Shown: positions 51,349 through 61,862 of the stretch, in pieces
Position numbering within the stretch: the stretch's first letter is position 1
How the letters are laid out: each line of letters opens with the position of its first letter
Source: an uncultured Verrucomicrobiae bacterium
GTDB lineage: Bacteria; Verrucomicrobiota; Verrucomicrobiia; Chthoniobacterales; JAFAMB01
Assembly: GCA_963813025.1 (NCBI GenBank)
Contig: CAWEXO010000016.1
Span: 1-64,000 of the forward strand
Reading direction: 5' to 3'
DNA: 64,000 nucleotides
Notes under the pieces: model-generated
What the model was told of the DNA's origin: nothing
Database searches by the model: none
What the model saw: the letters and a program-made list of their open reading frames with translations, nothing else
Position numbers and translations under genes: made by a program

Positions 51349-52938
51349 ATGCCCGAAAACCCATTTCCGTCCCCGGAGGAACTCCAGAAAAAGATCCAGG
51401 AGTTCATGAAAACGAATTTTGGGGACAAAGTCTCGGTGGCGACCTTTACCCAACCGGCGGCGACCGATGAACCCCCCGAAGAGCCCCGAGAAACGTTTGA
51501 CCCCTTTGAGTTCAATCTCACGCCCAAAAAAATCAAGGCGTACCTAGACCGGTTCGTGATTCGGCAGGACGAAGCGAAGAGGACCCTGGCCATCGCGGTC
51601 TGCGATCACTACAACCACGTGAACTTTGTCCGGCGTCTGGCAAAGGAAAAACCAGAAAACGCCGAGGCGATTGAATACAGCAAAGCCAATGTGCTTCTGC
51701 TCGGACCCACGGGAGTTGGCAAGACCTACCTGGTGAAACACATTGCGGAACTGATTGGGGTTCCGTTTGTCAAGGCAGATGCCACCAAGTTCAGTGAGAC
51801 TGGCTACGTCGGAGGTGACGTCGAGGATTTGGTGCGAGATCTCCTGCAGCGCGCCGACGGTAATCCTGACGTTGCGCAATACGGCATCATCTACGTCGAC
51901 GAGATTGATAAGATTGCCGCGAGCACAAATCTGGCCGGACGAGACGTCAGCGGTCGCGGGGTGCAAACCACCTTGTTGAAGTTGATGGAGGAAACCGAAG
52001 TGCCGTTGCGCAACCCGATGGATATTCAATCGCAGATCCAGTCCGCGATGGAGTTCCAGCGCAAGGGTAAGGTGAAGAAAGAGACTATTAATACCCGCCA
52101 TATTCTTTTCATCTGCAGTGGCGCTTTTGACCGGCTGAAGGAACAGGTCAGCCGCCGTCTGCGACAATCCAGCTTCGGCTTTCAACCGCACGCGACGCCA
52201 GTTGAGGGTCCGGCCGTGCTCGCTGCCGCCACAACCCGCGATTTCATCGAGTACGGGTTCGAGCCGGAATTTATCGGGCGGCTACCGGTACGGGTCGTCT
52301 GCGAAGAACTCACGGCTGAAGATTTCTTTGCCATTTTGAAGACATCTGAGGGGAGCATCATTCGCCAATACACTCGCGCTTTTGAGGCATTCGGAATCGA
52401 CATTGAGTTTTCCGATGAGGCGCTCCGGGAAATCGCGCACTTGGCGGAATACGAGAGAACCGGCGCGCGCGGCCTGTTGACCGTGTGCGACCGGGTACTC
52501 CGTGACTTTAAGTTTGAGTTGCCGGGCTCGGGCGTGCGCCAATTGCATGTCGGAATCGACCTCGTCCGAGACGCAGCAGGCACTCTGGCCCGCGTCCTCG
52601 ACTCTGCCAGAGCCGAGGCGCAGTCCAACAGAGCGGAAATGGTGCGCCAGTTTGCCGAGGTTTTTTCGCAAAAGCATGGCGTCAAATTTGAGATCGAGGA
52701 ACCGGCAATTGACGCGATTGTGCGCCGAGCAACGGACCAGCAGCGTGAGGTGGTAGATTACTGCACCGAACTCTTCAAGGATTACCCTTACGGACTCAAG
52801 CTGCTCCGAGATCGTAGTGCGGATCTGTCTTTTCATTTTCCAGTCAGTGCCCTGGAGGATCCCGATAAATTCCTGAGCGAAAGGGTGGTCGAATTTTATC
52901 GTCAGGAGGGAGGGGCCGGCCGCAGCCGGTCCGAATAA
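51349..52938 (+). CDS. ClpX-like AAA+ ATPase lacking the N-terminal zinc finger, with a C-terminal extension
   Basis: LLGPTGVGKT, DATKFSETGYVG, YVDEIDK, RDVSGRGVQ, FGF loop, PEFIGRLP, TGARGL. Confidence 0.85.
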   Translation: MPENPFPSPEELQKKIQEFMKTNFGDKVSVATFTQPAATDEPPEEPRETFDPFEFNLTPKKIKAYLDRFVIRQDEAKRTLAIAVCDHYNHVNFVRRLAKEKPENAEAIEYSKANVLLLGPTGVGKTYLVKHIAELIGVPFVKADATKFSETGYVGGDVEDLVRDLLQRADGNPDVAQYGIIYVDEIDKIAASTNLAGRDVSGRGVQTTLLKLMEETEVPLRNPMDIQSQIQSAMEFQRKGKVKKETINTRHILFICSGAFDRLKEQVSRRLRQSSFGFQPHATPVEGPAVLAAATTRDFIEYGFEPEFIGRLPVRVVCEELTAEDFFAILKTSEGSIIRQYTRAFEAFGIDIEFSDEALREIAHLAEYERTGARGLLTVCDRVLRDFKFELPGSGVRQLHVGIDLVRDAAGTLARVLDSARAEAQSNRAEMVRQFAEVFSQKHGVKFEIEEPAIDAIVRRATDQQREVVDYCTELFKDYPYGLKLLRDRSADLSFHFPVSALEDPDKFLSERVVEFYRQEGGAGRSRSE

Positions 52939-53580
52939 TTGCAGCGCGTCGATTATCCGCCTCTTTTTCAAGAGCTTATTCGGGAACTTCGGCGAATGCC
53001 CGGAATCGGCCCACGCAGCGCCGAACGGATCGCGCTATGGATGGTGCAGGCGCGCGACGCGCGTTCGCCGGAAATTGCACAGGCCATTGCGCGGTGTGCC
53101 ACTGGGATCAGGAACTGCGTAAAGTGCGGTTTTTTTTCGGAGCAGGAACTCTGTGTCATTTGTTCCGATACCGCCCGGGACAGTGGGATGCTGTGTGTAG
53201 TGGAACAGCCAACCGATATTCTGCCGTTGGAGCGGACAGCGACTTATCGAGGGCTTTATCACTCCCTAGGCGGAAAATTATCTCCGCTCGACCATATCGG
53301 AGCCGGCGACCTGCGAATCGATGAATTGATCCGGCGAGTTGCGCAGGAGCAACCGCGCGAAGTAATTCTGGCAACCGGCGCGGATGTCGAGGGCGAAGCA
53401 ACGGCGAACTATCTGGCGGACTTGTTGAGTGAACGCGAACTCAGGCTTACCCGGATTGCCCAAGGTCTTCCGGCCGGTCTTGGGCTGGAGAGCGTCGATG
53501 AACTCACGATCGCCCGGGCTTTCAACGGACGGGTGACGATCACTGGCACTGGCACTGACACTGACATTGACACTAGCTGA
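52939..53580 (+). CDS. recR: Recombination protein RecR
   Basis: PGIGPRSAER, C4 zinc finger CVKC...CVIC, CVVE, DVEGEATA. Confidence 0.95.
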   Translation: MQRVDYPPLFQELIRELRRMPGIGPRSAERIALWMVQARDARSPEIAQAIARCATGIRNCVKCGFFSEQELCVICSDTARDSGMLCVVEQPTDILPLERTATYRGLYHSLGGKLSPLDHIGAGDLRIDELIRRVAQEQPREVILATGADVEGEATANYLADLLSERELRLTRIAQGLPAGLGLESVDELTIARAFNGRVTITGTGTDTDIDTS

Positions 53581-53587
53581 CAGGACA

Positions 53588-54679
53588 ATGAATGCGTCCA
53601 ACAAAATCCTGGTCGCCATGTCAGGCGGAGTGGACAGTAGCGTTGCCGCTCTTCTCCTGAATCGCGCCGACGCTTGCGTCGAGGGGGTTTACATGAAGAA
53701 CTGGATCAACGAGGAAAAGATCCTCGGTGATTGCCCTTGGCAGCAGGATATCGAGGATGCTCGGGCCGTGGCTGAGACAATCGGAATTCCGTTTCGGGTG
53801 ATGAATCTCATGCAGGAATACCGGCTACGCGTGGTGAACTATCTGATCCAGGGTTACCAGGGAGGGATTACACCCAATCCCGACGTGATGTGCAACCGGG
53901 AGATGAAGTTTGGGGTTTTGCTGGAACTCGCCCGGGCCGCGGGATTCCGCGCGGTTGCGACCGGTCATTATGCGCGGCGCGTTCAAGCAGCGGATGGTTC
54001 ATGGAACATTCTGGAGGGAGTGGATAAGCAAAAAGATCAAAGCTATTTTCTCGCGCTTCTTCGACAGGACCAGATCGCCGCGGCCAGATTCCCGGTCGGC
54101 GAGCTATTAAAAAAGGAGGTCCGCCAATCGGCGGAAAATAGCCGGCTGGTCACCGCCAAAAAGAAAGACAGCCAAGGCATTTGTTTCATTGGCAACGTGC
54201 GGATGCGGGATTTTCTGCGCTCGTTTGTCGAGGACAAACCTGGCCTGATTCGGAATCAGTCTGGCGCGGTGATTGGCCAGCACAATGGTCTGCATCTTTA
54301 TACTCTCGGCCAGAAACGGGGGGTAGGTGTTCCTTCCAACACTCGTTATGAATCTTACGCGGTAGTGGAGAAGCGCGCGGCGAGCAACGAGCTGATTGTT
54401 GCTTTTGATCGGCCGGACACCGCGGGTTTGTACGCCAGCAGATGCGGTTTGGCGTCGGTCTCCTTTACAAATCGAGAAATCCATGACACTGCCCGGCTTT
54501 TGGTAAAACCGCGGTATCGAGCCAAAGCGAGTGCAGCGCGTTTTGCCTGGTGCGGGAACGGCCGCGTGGAATTGGAATTTTCTGAGCCGCAACGCGCTTT
54601 GACGCCCGGCCAAATCTGCGCACTGTACGACGGCGAGTTGCTGTTGGGTGGCGGTGTCCTCGAAGAAATCTACGGGTAA
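53588..54679 (+). CDS. mnmA: tRNA 2-thiouridine(34) synthase
   Basis: AMSGGVDSS, TPNPDVMCN, ATGHYA, KDQSYF, DSQGICF, TPGQ. Confidence 0.95.
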   Translation: MNASNKILVAMSGGVDSSVAALLLNRADACVEGVYMKNWINEEKILGDCPWQQDIEDARAVAETIGIPFRVMNLMQEYRLRVVNYLIQGYQGGITPNPDVMCNREMKFGVLLELARAAGFRAVATGHYARRVQAADGSWNILEGVDKQKDQSYFLALLRQDQIAAARFPVGELLKKEVRQSAENSRLVTAKKKDSQGICFIGNVRMRDFLRSFVEDKPGLIRNQSGAVIGQHNGLHLYTLGQKRGVGVPSNTRYESYAVVEKRAASNELIVAFDRPDTAGLYASRCGLASVSFTNREIHDTARLLVKPRYRAKASAARFAWCGNGRVELEFSEPQRALTPGQICALYDGELLLGGGVLEEIYG

Positions 54680-54695
54680 GCCTGCAGCGCTGGCA

Positions 54696-54767
54696 GGACG
54701 AGCCGGCGCTCATCCCTACCACGCGCTGATCGCCCCCTGAGCGGTAGGGACCGGCTCCTGTCGGTCC
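54696..54767. repeat. Pair of oppositely oriented GTAG-type REP palindromes between convergent mnmA and ispA
   Basis: GGACGAGCCGGCGCTCATCC-CTAC and GTAG-GGACCGGCTCCTGTCGGTCC. Confidence 0.65.
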
Positions 54768-54834
54768 TTTCCTACTTGGTGTTGTGAGACAATCTCTAGA
54801 TTTTCGCCCTGTCGGCGCGGGCCCTAGCGCCAGT

Positions 54835-55710
54835 TTAATATTCCCTTGCCAGCAGGTGATCGGCTAAGCCGTCCAATATTTCCGCTCGGCGGCCCAGAGG
54901 TTTCAAAGCTTTCCGAGCGCTTTCGGTGAGTTCACGCGCAATGAGGCGTGAACGTTCCAGGCCAACCACAGCCGGAAAGGTCGCTTTCTCCGCAGTCACA
55001 TCCTTTCCGGCGCTCTTTCCGAGCCGTTCCGACGTCTGCGTAACGTCCAGAATGTCATCGATGACCTGGAAAGCGATGCCGAGAGCTCTGCCGAAGTCTG
55101 AGAGATGGTTGAGTTGACGTAGAGTCGCGTTGGCGCTCATCGCGCCAAGCCGGATCGAGGCCTGGAGAAGAGATGCCGTCTTTGATTCATGGATAAAGCG
55201 GAGCATGGGAAGCGACGTTTTTCGGCCTTCATTTTCCAGGTCGAGCACCTGGCCGGCAATCAGGTGACGGCTACCAGCGGCGATCGCGAGTTCCTGTACA
55301 ACTTGGCGCAGCCCATACCTGGGCCAGCCCGGCGCCTGCGCGGCCAGTTCGAATGCGAACGTCAAGAGGGCATCTCCCGCCAGAACCGCGATGGCTTCAC
55401 CAAAGACTTTGTGAGAAGTCGGCCGGCCCCGCCGGAAATCATCATCGTCCATGCACGGGAGATCGTCATGGATAAGCGAGTAGGTGTGAATACACTCAAC
55501 CCCGCAAGCCAGTGGAAGTGCTTCCTCCGAACGGCCGCCGCACGCTTCGGCTGCGGCCAGACAGAGAATTGGGCGCAAGCGCTTGCCTCCGGCAAAGATA
55601 CTGTAGCGCATCGCTTTATGGATCGTTTTTGGTTTGGTGGTGCCGCTCGGGAGAAAGCGGTCCAAGGCTTTGTCCACCAGCTTCTGGCGGGAATCTAAGT
55701 AATCTTTCAT
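54835..55710 (-). CDS. ispA: Farnesyl/geranyl diphosphate synthase
   Basis: GGKRLRP, HDDLPCMDDDDFRRG, FQVIDDILD, GKD. Confidence 0.92.
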   Translation of the reverse strand: MKDYLDSRQKLVDKALDRFLPSGTTKPKTIHKAMRYSIFAGGKRLRPILCLAAAEACGGRSEEALPLACGVECIHTYSLIHDDLPCMDDDDFRRGRPTSHKVFGEAIAVLAGDALLTFAFELAAQAPGWPRYGLRQVVQELAIAAGSRHLIAGQVLDLENEGRKTSLPMLRFIHESKTASLLQASIRLGAMSANATLRQLNHLSDFGRALGIAFQVIDDILDVTQTSERLGKSAGKDVTAEKATFPAVVGLERSRLIARELTESARKALKPLGRRAEILDGLADHLLAREY

Positions 55711-55718
55711 GCCTGCAA

Positions 55719-57347
55719 CTATCGGAGATAGCGCTGGGCAATGGGCATGCGCCAGCCTATTCCGAAGGCCAGACTGGTCACTTTTAAACCGGGGGCGGCT
55801 TGACGACGTTTATACTCGTTGGCATCCACCCGCCGCTGGACCCATCGCACGGTTTCTGGGTCGAATCCTTGCTGGACGATATCGTCCGGGCTGAGTTGTT
55901 CTTCGACATAGCGTTGCAAGATGGCATCCAGTACCTCATAAGGCGGCAAAGTATCCTGATCAGACTGGTCGAATTTAAGTTCAGCGCTCGGGGGCTTGCG
56001 GATTGAATTTTCCGGGATGATCTCCCGGTCGCGATTTATCCAGTTGGCCAACCTATAGATCATCGTCTTGGGCACGTCACTGACCACTGCCAGCCCGCCT
56101 GCCATGTCCCCATAGATCGTGCAATAACCCACCGCCAATTCGCTTTTATTTCCGGTCGTCAAGAGAAGATGGCCAAACTTGTTGGACAACGCCATGAGGG
56201 TAAGGCCGCGCAACCTCGACTGCATATTTTCCTCGGTAGCGTCCTCCATGAGACCGGCAAAGATCTTCTTGAATTGCCCTTTAAACACTTCGAAAGGCTC
56301 CTTTATTGAGATCACAGAGCGGCTGATCCCGAGGTTGCGCGCGAGTTGCTCGGCATCAATCAGGCTGCCTGGGGAAGAGTACTGACTAGGCATGGAGACA
56401 CCGGTGACGTTTTGTCGACTCAAAGCATCAGCTGCCAGAACCGCGGTGACGGCCGAATCAATGCCGCCGCTCAATCCGAGTACCGCGCTGCGGAAGCCGC
56501 ACTTGGAAAAATAATCCCGAATGCCCAGGAGCAGCGCATGGTAGATCTCCTCTTCAGCCTGCCGAGAAAATGTGTCCTCACTTTGTGCGTCCTCCGAAAG
56601 CACCGCGACCTCTTCGCGGAATGCGCTCAGCGCGCCCGACGCGATACCGTCCGGCCTGGCTGCAAAGGAATTTCCGTCGAAGATCAGTTCGTCATTTCCC
56701 CCTACCGAATTACAGTAGAAAATAGGGACTTTATATTGCCGGGCGAGCTCACTGACCATCCGAAACCGAAGAGCTGGTTTCCCCGCGTGGAATGGAGAAG
56801 AGCTCAGATTAACGATGAGGTCAGCGCCATGGGACAAGAGTGACGTGACCGGATCCTGCGCATAGAGATCTCGCTTCAGGTAGGCGTCAGTCCAGATATC
56901 TTCGCAAATGGTAACCCCGACGAGGCGGCCGGCCAGGCGAATAGGCACCTGCTCCCGGGCAGGTTCAAAGTACCGAGCCTCATCGAAAACGTCATAGGTC
57001 GGCAGAAGTGTCTTCCAGGTCTTCGTAATCGGACGTGCCTTCTCCAGCACGGCGCAAGCATTGATAAAGGGCTTTCCGATCTTTGCTGGATTGAAATCCA
57101 CGTAGCCTACGAGCAGCGGAACGGGACCGACGACCTGGTGCAAAGCATCCAGCTCAGCCAGCGTCTCTGGGACAAATCGGGATTTAAAAACTAGGTCCTG
57201 CGGCGGGTAACCGGTCAACGCAAGCTCCGGGGTAAGGACAAGTTCTGCACCGGCGCCGACCGCCCGATCATAGGCGTTTTTGATCTTGGCGGCATTGCCT
57301 CGGAGATCGCCAACTGTCGTATTTATCTGGGCAAAACCAACACGCAT
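55719..57347 (-). CDS. nadE: Glutamine-dependent NAD+ synthetase
   Basis: Nitrilase domain (PEL, TICEDIW) plus LSGGIDS, TGNKSE, PPSAEL, EYKRRQ. Confidence 0.95.
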   Translation of the reverse strand: MRVGFAQINTTVGDLRGNAAKIKNAYDRAVGAGAELVLTPELALTGYPPQDLVFKSRFVPETLAELDALHQVVGPVPLLVGYVDFNPAKIGKPFINACAVLEKARPITKTWKTLLPTYDVFDEARYFEPAREQVPIRLAGRLVGVTICEDIWTDAYLKRDLYAQDPVTSLLSHGADLIVNLSSSPFHAGKPALRFRMVSELARQYKVPIFYCNSVGGNDELIFDGNSFAARPDGIASGALSAFREEVAVLSEDAQSEDTFSRQAEEEIYHALLLGIRDYFSKCGFRSAVLGLSGGIDSAVTAVLAADALSRQNVTGVSMPSQYSSPGSLIDAEQLARNLGISRSVISIKEPFEVFKGQFKKIFAGLMEDATEENMQSRLRGLTLMALSNKFGHLLLTTGNKSELAVGYCTIYGDMAGGLAVVSDVPKTMIYRLANWINRDREIIPENSIRKPPSAELKFDQSDQDTLPPYEVLDAILQRYVEEQLSPDDIVQQGFDPETVRWVQRRVDANEYKRRQAAPGLKVTSLAFGIGWRMPIAQRYLR

Positions 57348-57613
57348 GAGATGACAAAACCTAAATATTGCGAAACTCAGCGGTAAAGCGAGCGAGGCAG
57401 CTAAAAAATTGAGCAGATGGTAGTCAACCGAGCGATGGGAGCGGCGGGAGCGGGTCAGCGGAGGGAGAATAGCTTGAAAGTTGTAGAACTCCCAGGCCGT
57501 TGGTTTTCAGGCCTTTGAATACCTCGGCGATGATTGGAGTCGCTCAAGCCGCTCAGGCCGTTCGGTCTGATCTGCTGCACCTGGCACTGACACTTGGCAC
57601 TGACACTGATAAT

Positions 57614-58933
57614 TCAGCTTGGCCGGAAGATGAAGTGCAACAAGAACAGCGCGGCTAATGCGATCGAGACTGGAGTGAGTTCCTTCCAACGACCCAACCC
57701 CGCCGTAATGAGTACCTGACTAAAGATGCCGACCGCGATTCCCTCGCTGATACTGAAGGCCAAAGGCATAATGAGCATGGTCAGCACCGCTGGACAGGCT
57801 TTCACAAAGTCCGGCAGGTCCAGTTCAGCGGCGGTTTGCATCATAAAGACCCCGACAATCACCAGCGCGGGCGCCGTAGCCACCGCCGGGATCGCGAGGA
57901 TCAACGGGCTAAAGAACAAGGAGAGCAGAAAACAGACCGCAACCGTGAGCCCGGTGATACCGGTGCGCCCGCCCGCCTCCACTCCAGCAGCTGACTCGAT
58001 ATAGCTAGTCGTGCTGGAAGTACCGAGCAGGGAGCTGATAATTGCCGCGCCGGCATCCGCGGCAAGCGCGCGTCCAATCCGGGGCAGGTTGCCGTTTTCA
58101 TCAAGAAGACCCGCCCGGCGGCATACGCCGAGCAGTGTGCCCATGTTGTCGAACAGTTCCGTGAAGAGCAGAGCGAGGACGAGCACGATGCCGGTAAGAA
58201 AATGGGTCCAAAGAAATCCCAAATCGAGCTTCAGAAAGGTCGGCGCGAGAGAGGCCGGCGGCGCAACCAGCGAGGAGGGCCAAGCTGTGATTGCTGCATG
58301 ATCCGGCCGCTGCGTTCGTATGAACAACCCAGCAACGCTGAGGATGAGAATAGAACAAATGATCGCTCCCGGAACTCGGCGGCCCACGAGAACAGCGGTC
58401 AGCAAAATCCCGGCAAGGGTCAGCACGGGCTCCGGCTGCGAAAACGATCCAAGTTTAACCAGGGTCGTTTGGTCCGCGACAATGACGCCTCCGTTTTTCA
58501 ACCCGATGAAAGCGATGAACAGCCCAATCCCGCAGGTGATCGCCATCTTGAGGTGGTTCGGGATCGCATCGATTATGAGACGGCGCAGCCCGGAGATCGA
58601 GAGAAGCAAGAACAAAACACCATTGTAGAAGACAAGACCTAGTGCAGCCTCCCAGGGAACCTTCAGCTGGAGGCAGATCGTAAATGCGAAAAACGCATTT
58701 AGCCCCATGCCGGGAGCAAGCGCGATCGGGTAGTCGGTGAGCAGCGCCATTAGCATGGTCGTGATCGCAGCGGAAAGCGCTGTGGCGGTAAAAACCGCGC
58801 CCTTGTCCATACCCGCAAAACCAAGGATCTGGGGATTCACCGCCAGGATGTAGGCCATGGCCGCGAAGGTCGTCAGACCAGCAACAATTTCCCGGCTATA
58901 GAGAGCGGGCCGGGTATCGGAGGTTTTGGGCAT
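57614..58933 (-). CDS. NCS2/AzgA-family purine permease
   Basis: AGLTTF, APGMGLNAFF, YIESAAGVEAGGRTG. Confidence 0.92.
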   Translation of the reverse strand: MPKTSDTRPALYSREIVAGLTTFAAMAYILAVNPQILGFAGMDKGAVFTATALSAAITTMLMALLTDYPIALAPGMGLNAFFAFTICLQLKVPWEAALGLVFYNGVLFLLLSISGLRRLIIDAIPNHLKMAITCGIGLFIAFIGLKNGGVIVADQTTLVKLGSFSQPEPVLTLAGILLTAVLVGRRVPGAIICSILILSVAGLFIRTQRPDHAAITAWPSSLVAPPASLAPTFLKLDLGFLWTHFLTGIVLVLALLFTELFDNMGTLLGVCRRAGLLDENGNLPRIGRALAADAGAAIISSLLGTSSTTSYIESAAGVEAGGRTGITGLTVAVCFLLSLFFSPLILAIPAVATAPALVIVGVFMMQTAAELDLPDFVKACPAVLTMLIMPLAFSISEGIAVGIFSQVLITAGLGRWKELTPVSIALAALFLLHFIFRPS

Positions 58934-59359
58934 GCGCGATCAGGCAATCGGGCGCGAGTGTGCCCATTCTCCAGGACAAATGCAATAGCCTGCATCGCTC
59001 GAAAATCCCAGGGATTTGCGAGCGATGCAGGCTTGCCTCTGCGGCGCGATTGCGCCGCAGAGGTCAAAAGAAGTCGCTAAGCAGCAGCGCCGGCGCGCTT
59101 GGTAAGCGTTGCTCGCCTCCGCGGGCGTCCAGCAGATTCCGTCTGCCAATCCCGTCGGAGCAGCGCGTAGTCGATTTCCGGAAGCGGCGGCTCGCTCCTC
59201 GAAGGTTGTGGTCTGGCCGACGCCAGCAGCTTGCCCTGGCTAGCCAGAGCTAATAATGCGCAGAATTCAATCATTTTATCCTCCCGTTGGTTTTCCGTCG
59301 AACAGTCCCAGTATCCTGGGGGAGGGGGAACAAGGGTGTTCCTTTTGGCGTTATTCGTT

Positions 59360-59626
59360 TCAATGCTGACCGGCCTCGATCGGTTCTTGCGATTCGTCCA
59401 TTTGGACCTGCAGCCGGGTATTCAATGCGAGCAGCGAGATAAGGAGGCCGAGAATCATCCCGATTCCAAACAGACTCGCCAGAGGTTCGAGCGAACTTTG
59501 ATCCGCTCCCGCAATGAAGACGCGGGCAATTGCCGATAGCGCGAAGACGACAGCACTGGCCACCGCTATAGCGGTCAGGCTGCTTTTCGTGTCTTCAACA
59601 TGTCGTTTTGTGATTTCGTGTTCCAT
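59360..59626 (-). CDS. Small two-TM membrane protein
   Basis: GAAAGGTG RBS-like sequence before MEHEIT; two hydrophobic segments. Confidence 0.5.
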   Translation of the reverse strand: MEHEITKRHVEDTKSSLTAIAVASAVVFALSAIARVFIAGADQSSLEPLASLFGIGMILGLLISLLALNTRLQVQMDESQEPIEAGQH

Positions 59627-60056
59627 AAGGGTTTCACCTTTCACTTGTGCTCACCACGAAGCGTTTGCTCCGGGTGAAACCCTCATCAGCAACACTAATT
59701 GTCCCCGAACCATTCCCTAATCGGACCAAAAGTCAAACGCTTGCCTTTTTTAGCCGGGCTTGAGCCGCCGGAGGGTCGCGGCTCGCCTCAGGCCAAAGAA
59801 GTTTATAAGTCTTCGGATCATTCTGCGCGATTGGCAGGGCGAGAATTTCATTCGAGCCGCTTTCGGAGATCCAGGGTCAAGCGCTTCCGGGCACGAAAAC
59901 ACTTGAGCAATTTCCCGGTTTCCGCATCCATGAGAGAATGAGATGCTTCGGACGAAGCGTCGTCCGTTGGGGGACTATTGAACGATCTTGGAACGCAGCG
60001 GTCAAGCCCCGCGCGCATCCCCAGAGAACCCGTCGAGGTACGGCCTCGCCAGAACC

Positions 60057-61163
60057 ATGAAATACCTTCTCGCGCCGGACAAGTTCAAAGGCACGCTGAG
60101 CGCACCCGAGGTAAGCGCGGCGATCGCGCAAGTTATTCGCGACGACGATCCCCGGGCAGAAGTGGAAGAAATACCAATCGCCGATGGCGGCGAAGGCACC
60201 GCTGCACTGTTGGCCTTGGAGCTGGGGGCGGAGCGGTTTGTGCGTCCGACTCTCGATCCTCTTGGACATGATATTGAAGCCGAATTTTTTCTCAAAGATG
60301 GCGAAGGCTACGTCGATATGAGCGCCGCTTCCGGTCTGTGGTTGATCGATCCGGCGGACCGGGATCCGTTGGGCGCCTCGACTTACGGTACCGGAATCCT
60401 GCTTCGCCATCTCATTGAGCTCGGCGCAACCCGGATCAATATCGGGTTAGGCGGCAGCGCCACGATTGATGCCGGTCTAGGCATGGCCGCCGCCTTGGGT
60501 TATGAATTTAGCAATAGTTCAGGTCGGAGGATCGAACCGCTCCCTCGGAACTTCGACTCGATCCAGACCGTACGGTCGCCCGTCTTTGCTCATCTGCCCA
60601 AGGTGGTCGGATTAGCGGATGTAACCAACCGCCTGCTTGGTTCCGCAGGAGCGACCTGTACCTTTGGCCGTCAGAAAGGTCTTCGTGAGAATCAACTCGC
60701 CGAATTTGATAGCGTTTTAAGCCGCTTGGTTACCCGGATAGCAAAATCGCTCGGCACGGATTATTCCGATGTCTCGAGAGCGGGGGCTGCCGGAGGGTTC
60801 GGCTACGGGATCCTGACTTTTCTCCATGGAAGCCTCGTCGGAGGCTTTGATGCCGTTGCGGAGAAACTACGGTTGCCGGATCGAATAGCAGAGGCTGATG
60901 TTGTCATTACCGGGGAAGGGCGGCTCGATTCGCAGTCGCTGCAAGGCAAAGGCCCGTTCGGCGTCGCTTCGCTGGCCAGAGCACAAGGTAAACCTGTCTG
61001 GGCGGTGGCGGGAATCATTGAGGATGCGGCCGAGGTCAGGGCGGCTTTTGATCGTCTGATCTCGTTTGTCGACGAACACATCTCCACACAGGAAGCGCTC
61101 GCGAAACCGGCCGAGATCCTTCGGCGCCGCACGCGCGAACTGCTTGCGATGGGAGAAAATTAA
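60057..61163 (+). CDS. glxK: Glycerate kinase (GlxK/GarK family)
   Basis: APDKFKGTL, ADGGEGT, GLGGSAT, GAAGG, ITGEG. Confidence 0.9.
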   Translation: MKYLLAPDKFKGTLSAPEVSAAIAQVIRDDDPRAEVEEIPIADGGEGTAALLALELGAERFVRPTLDPLGHDIEAEFFLKDGEGYVDMSAASGLWLIDPADRDPLGASTYGTGILLRHLIELGATRINIGLGGSATIDAGLGMAAALGYEFSNSSGRRIEPLPRNFDSIQTVRSPVFAHLPKVVGLADVTNRLLGSAGATCTFGRQKGLRENQLAEFDSVLSRLVTRIAKSLGTDYSDVSRAGAAGGFGYGILTFLHGSLVGGFDAVAEKLRLPDRIAEADVVITGEGRLDSQSLQGKGPFGVASLARAQGKPVWAVAGIIEDAAEVRAAFDRLISFVDEHISTQEALAKPAEILRRRTRELLAMGEN

Positions 61164-61204
61164 AGCGCTTGGTCGCGTGCCTTCTCTTTTCTCCGGCACG
61201 GCGA

Positions 61205-61699
61205 TCAGCCGATAGCGAAGTTTAAGCCAACCGCGCTCTCCAACGTCGCGCTAGCGGCATGCAGTGAAACCGCCCACGTCTGATCCCCAACGACTCCGTC
61301 CACAGCGACCCCACCCCAAGACTGGAATGCTTCAACTGCTGCTCGCGTGTCCGCCCCGTAGAGTCCGTCGATCCCCTGCGGAGTTGTGTTCCACTGGCCA
61401 GGTGCCCCGTTCGTCAGCACCGTTTGGAGACTGCGGACAACATCGCCGGATGAACCCTCCTGCAGGGTCGGCATCGGACCGCCATCCGGCAAGGCGTTCC
61501 ACGTCAGCGGACCGACAATACCATCGACGACCAGGCCAGCCGAATCCTGAAATTGTTTCACCGCCGTCTCGGTTTGAGAATCAAACGTGCCAGTGACCGT
61601 GAGTCCGAGGTTCGGGGTGCGACGCAGAGCCCGTTGCAAACGCCGAACTGCTTGGCCGGTAGCACCCGGACTTATGGTAGGCTGACCTGGATTTGGCAG
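61205..61699 (-). CDS. Peptidoglycan-binding domain protein (two PG_binding_1 repeats)
   Basis: VRRLQRAL...AVKQFQ...VDGIVGPLTW and VRSLQTVL...AFQ...VDGVVGDQTW; RBS AAGGA before a CTG at 61699. Confidence 0.85.
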   Translation of the reverse strand: MPNPGQPTISPGATGQAVRRLQRALRRTPNLGLTVTGTFDSQTETAVKQFQDSAGLVVDGIVGPLTWNALPDGGPMPTLQEGSSGDVVRSLQTVLTNGAPGQWNTTPQGIDGLYGADTRAAVEAFQSWGGVAVDGVVGDQTWAVSLHAASATLESAVGLNFAIG

Positions 61700-61804
61700 A
61701 ATCTGTCCTTTTGTTGGGGCGGTTAGGGAAAACCGGCATCATGAGCAGTAACTATTTCAAAAATCAACGCTTTCCTGTTAAAGCTGGTTTTTACCGCAGA
61801 AATT

Positions 61805-61848
61805 CATGGGACTATAGGACCTATGGGACCTATGCGTCTCATAAGTCC
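61805..61848. repeat. Short nonamer repeats (ATGGGACCT-like) with a partial inverted arm
   Basis: CATGGGACT-ATAGGACCT-ATGGGACCT-ATG...CATAAGTCC. Confidence 0.6.
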
Positions 61849-61862
61849 TCTATCCTAGGCTA

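Noticed and set aside
58934..59300. Purine riboswitch upstream of the NCS2 permease
   Set aside because: No recognisable purine aptamer consensus by eye; an Infernal/Rfam scan would be decisive.
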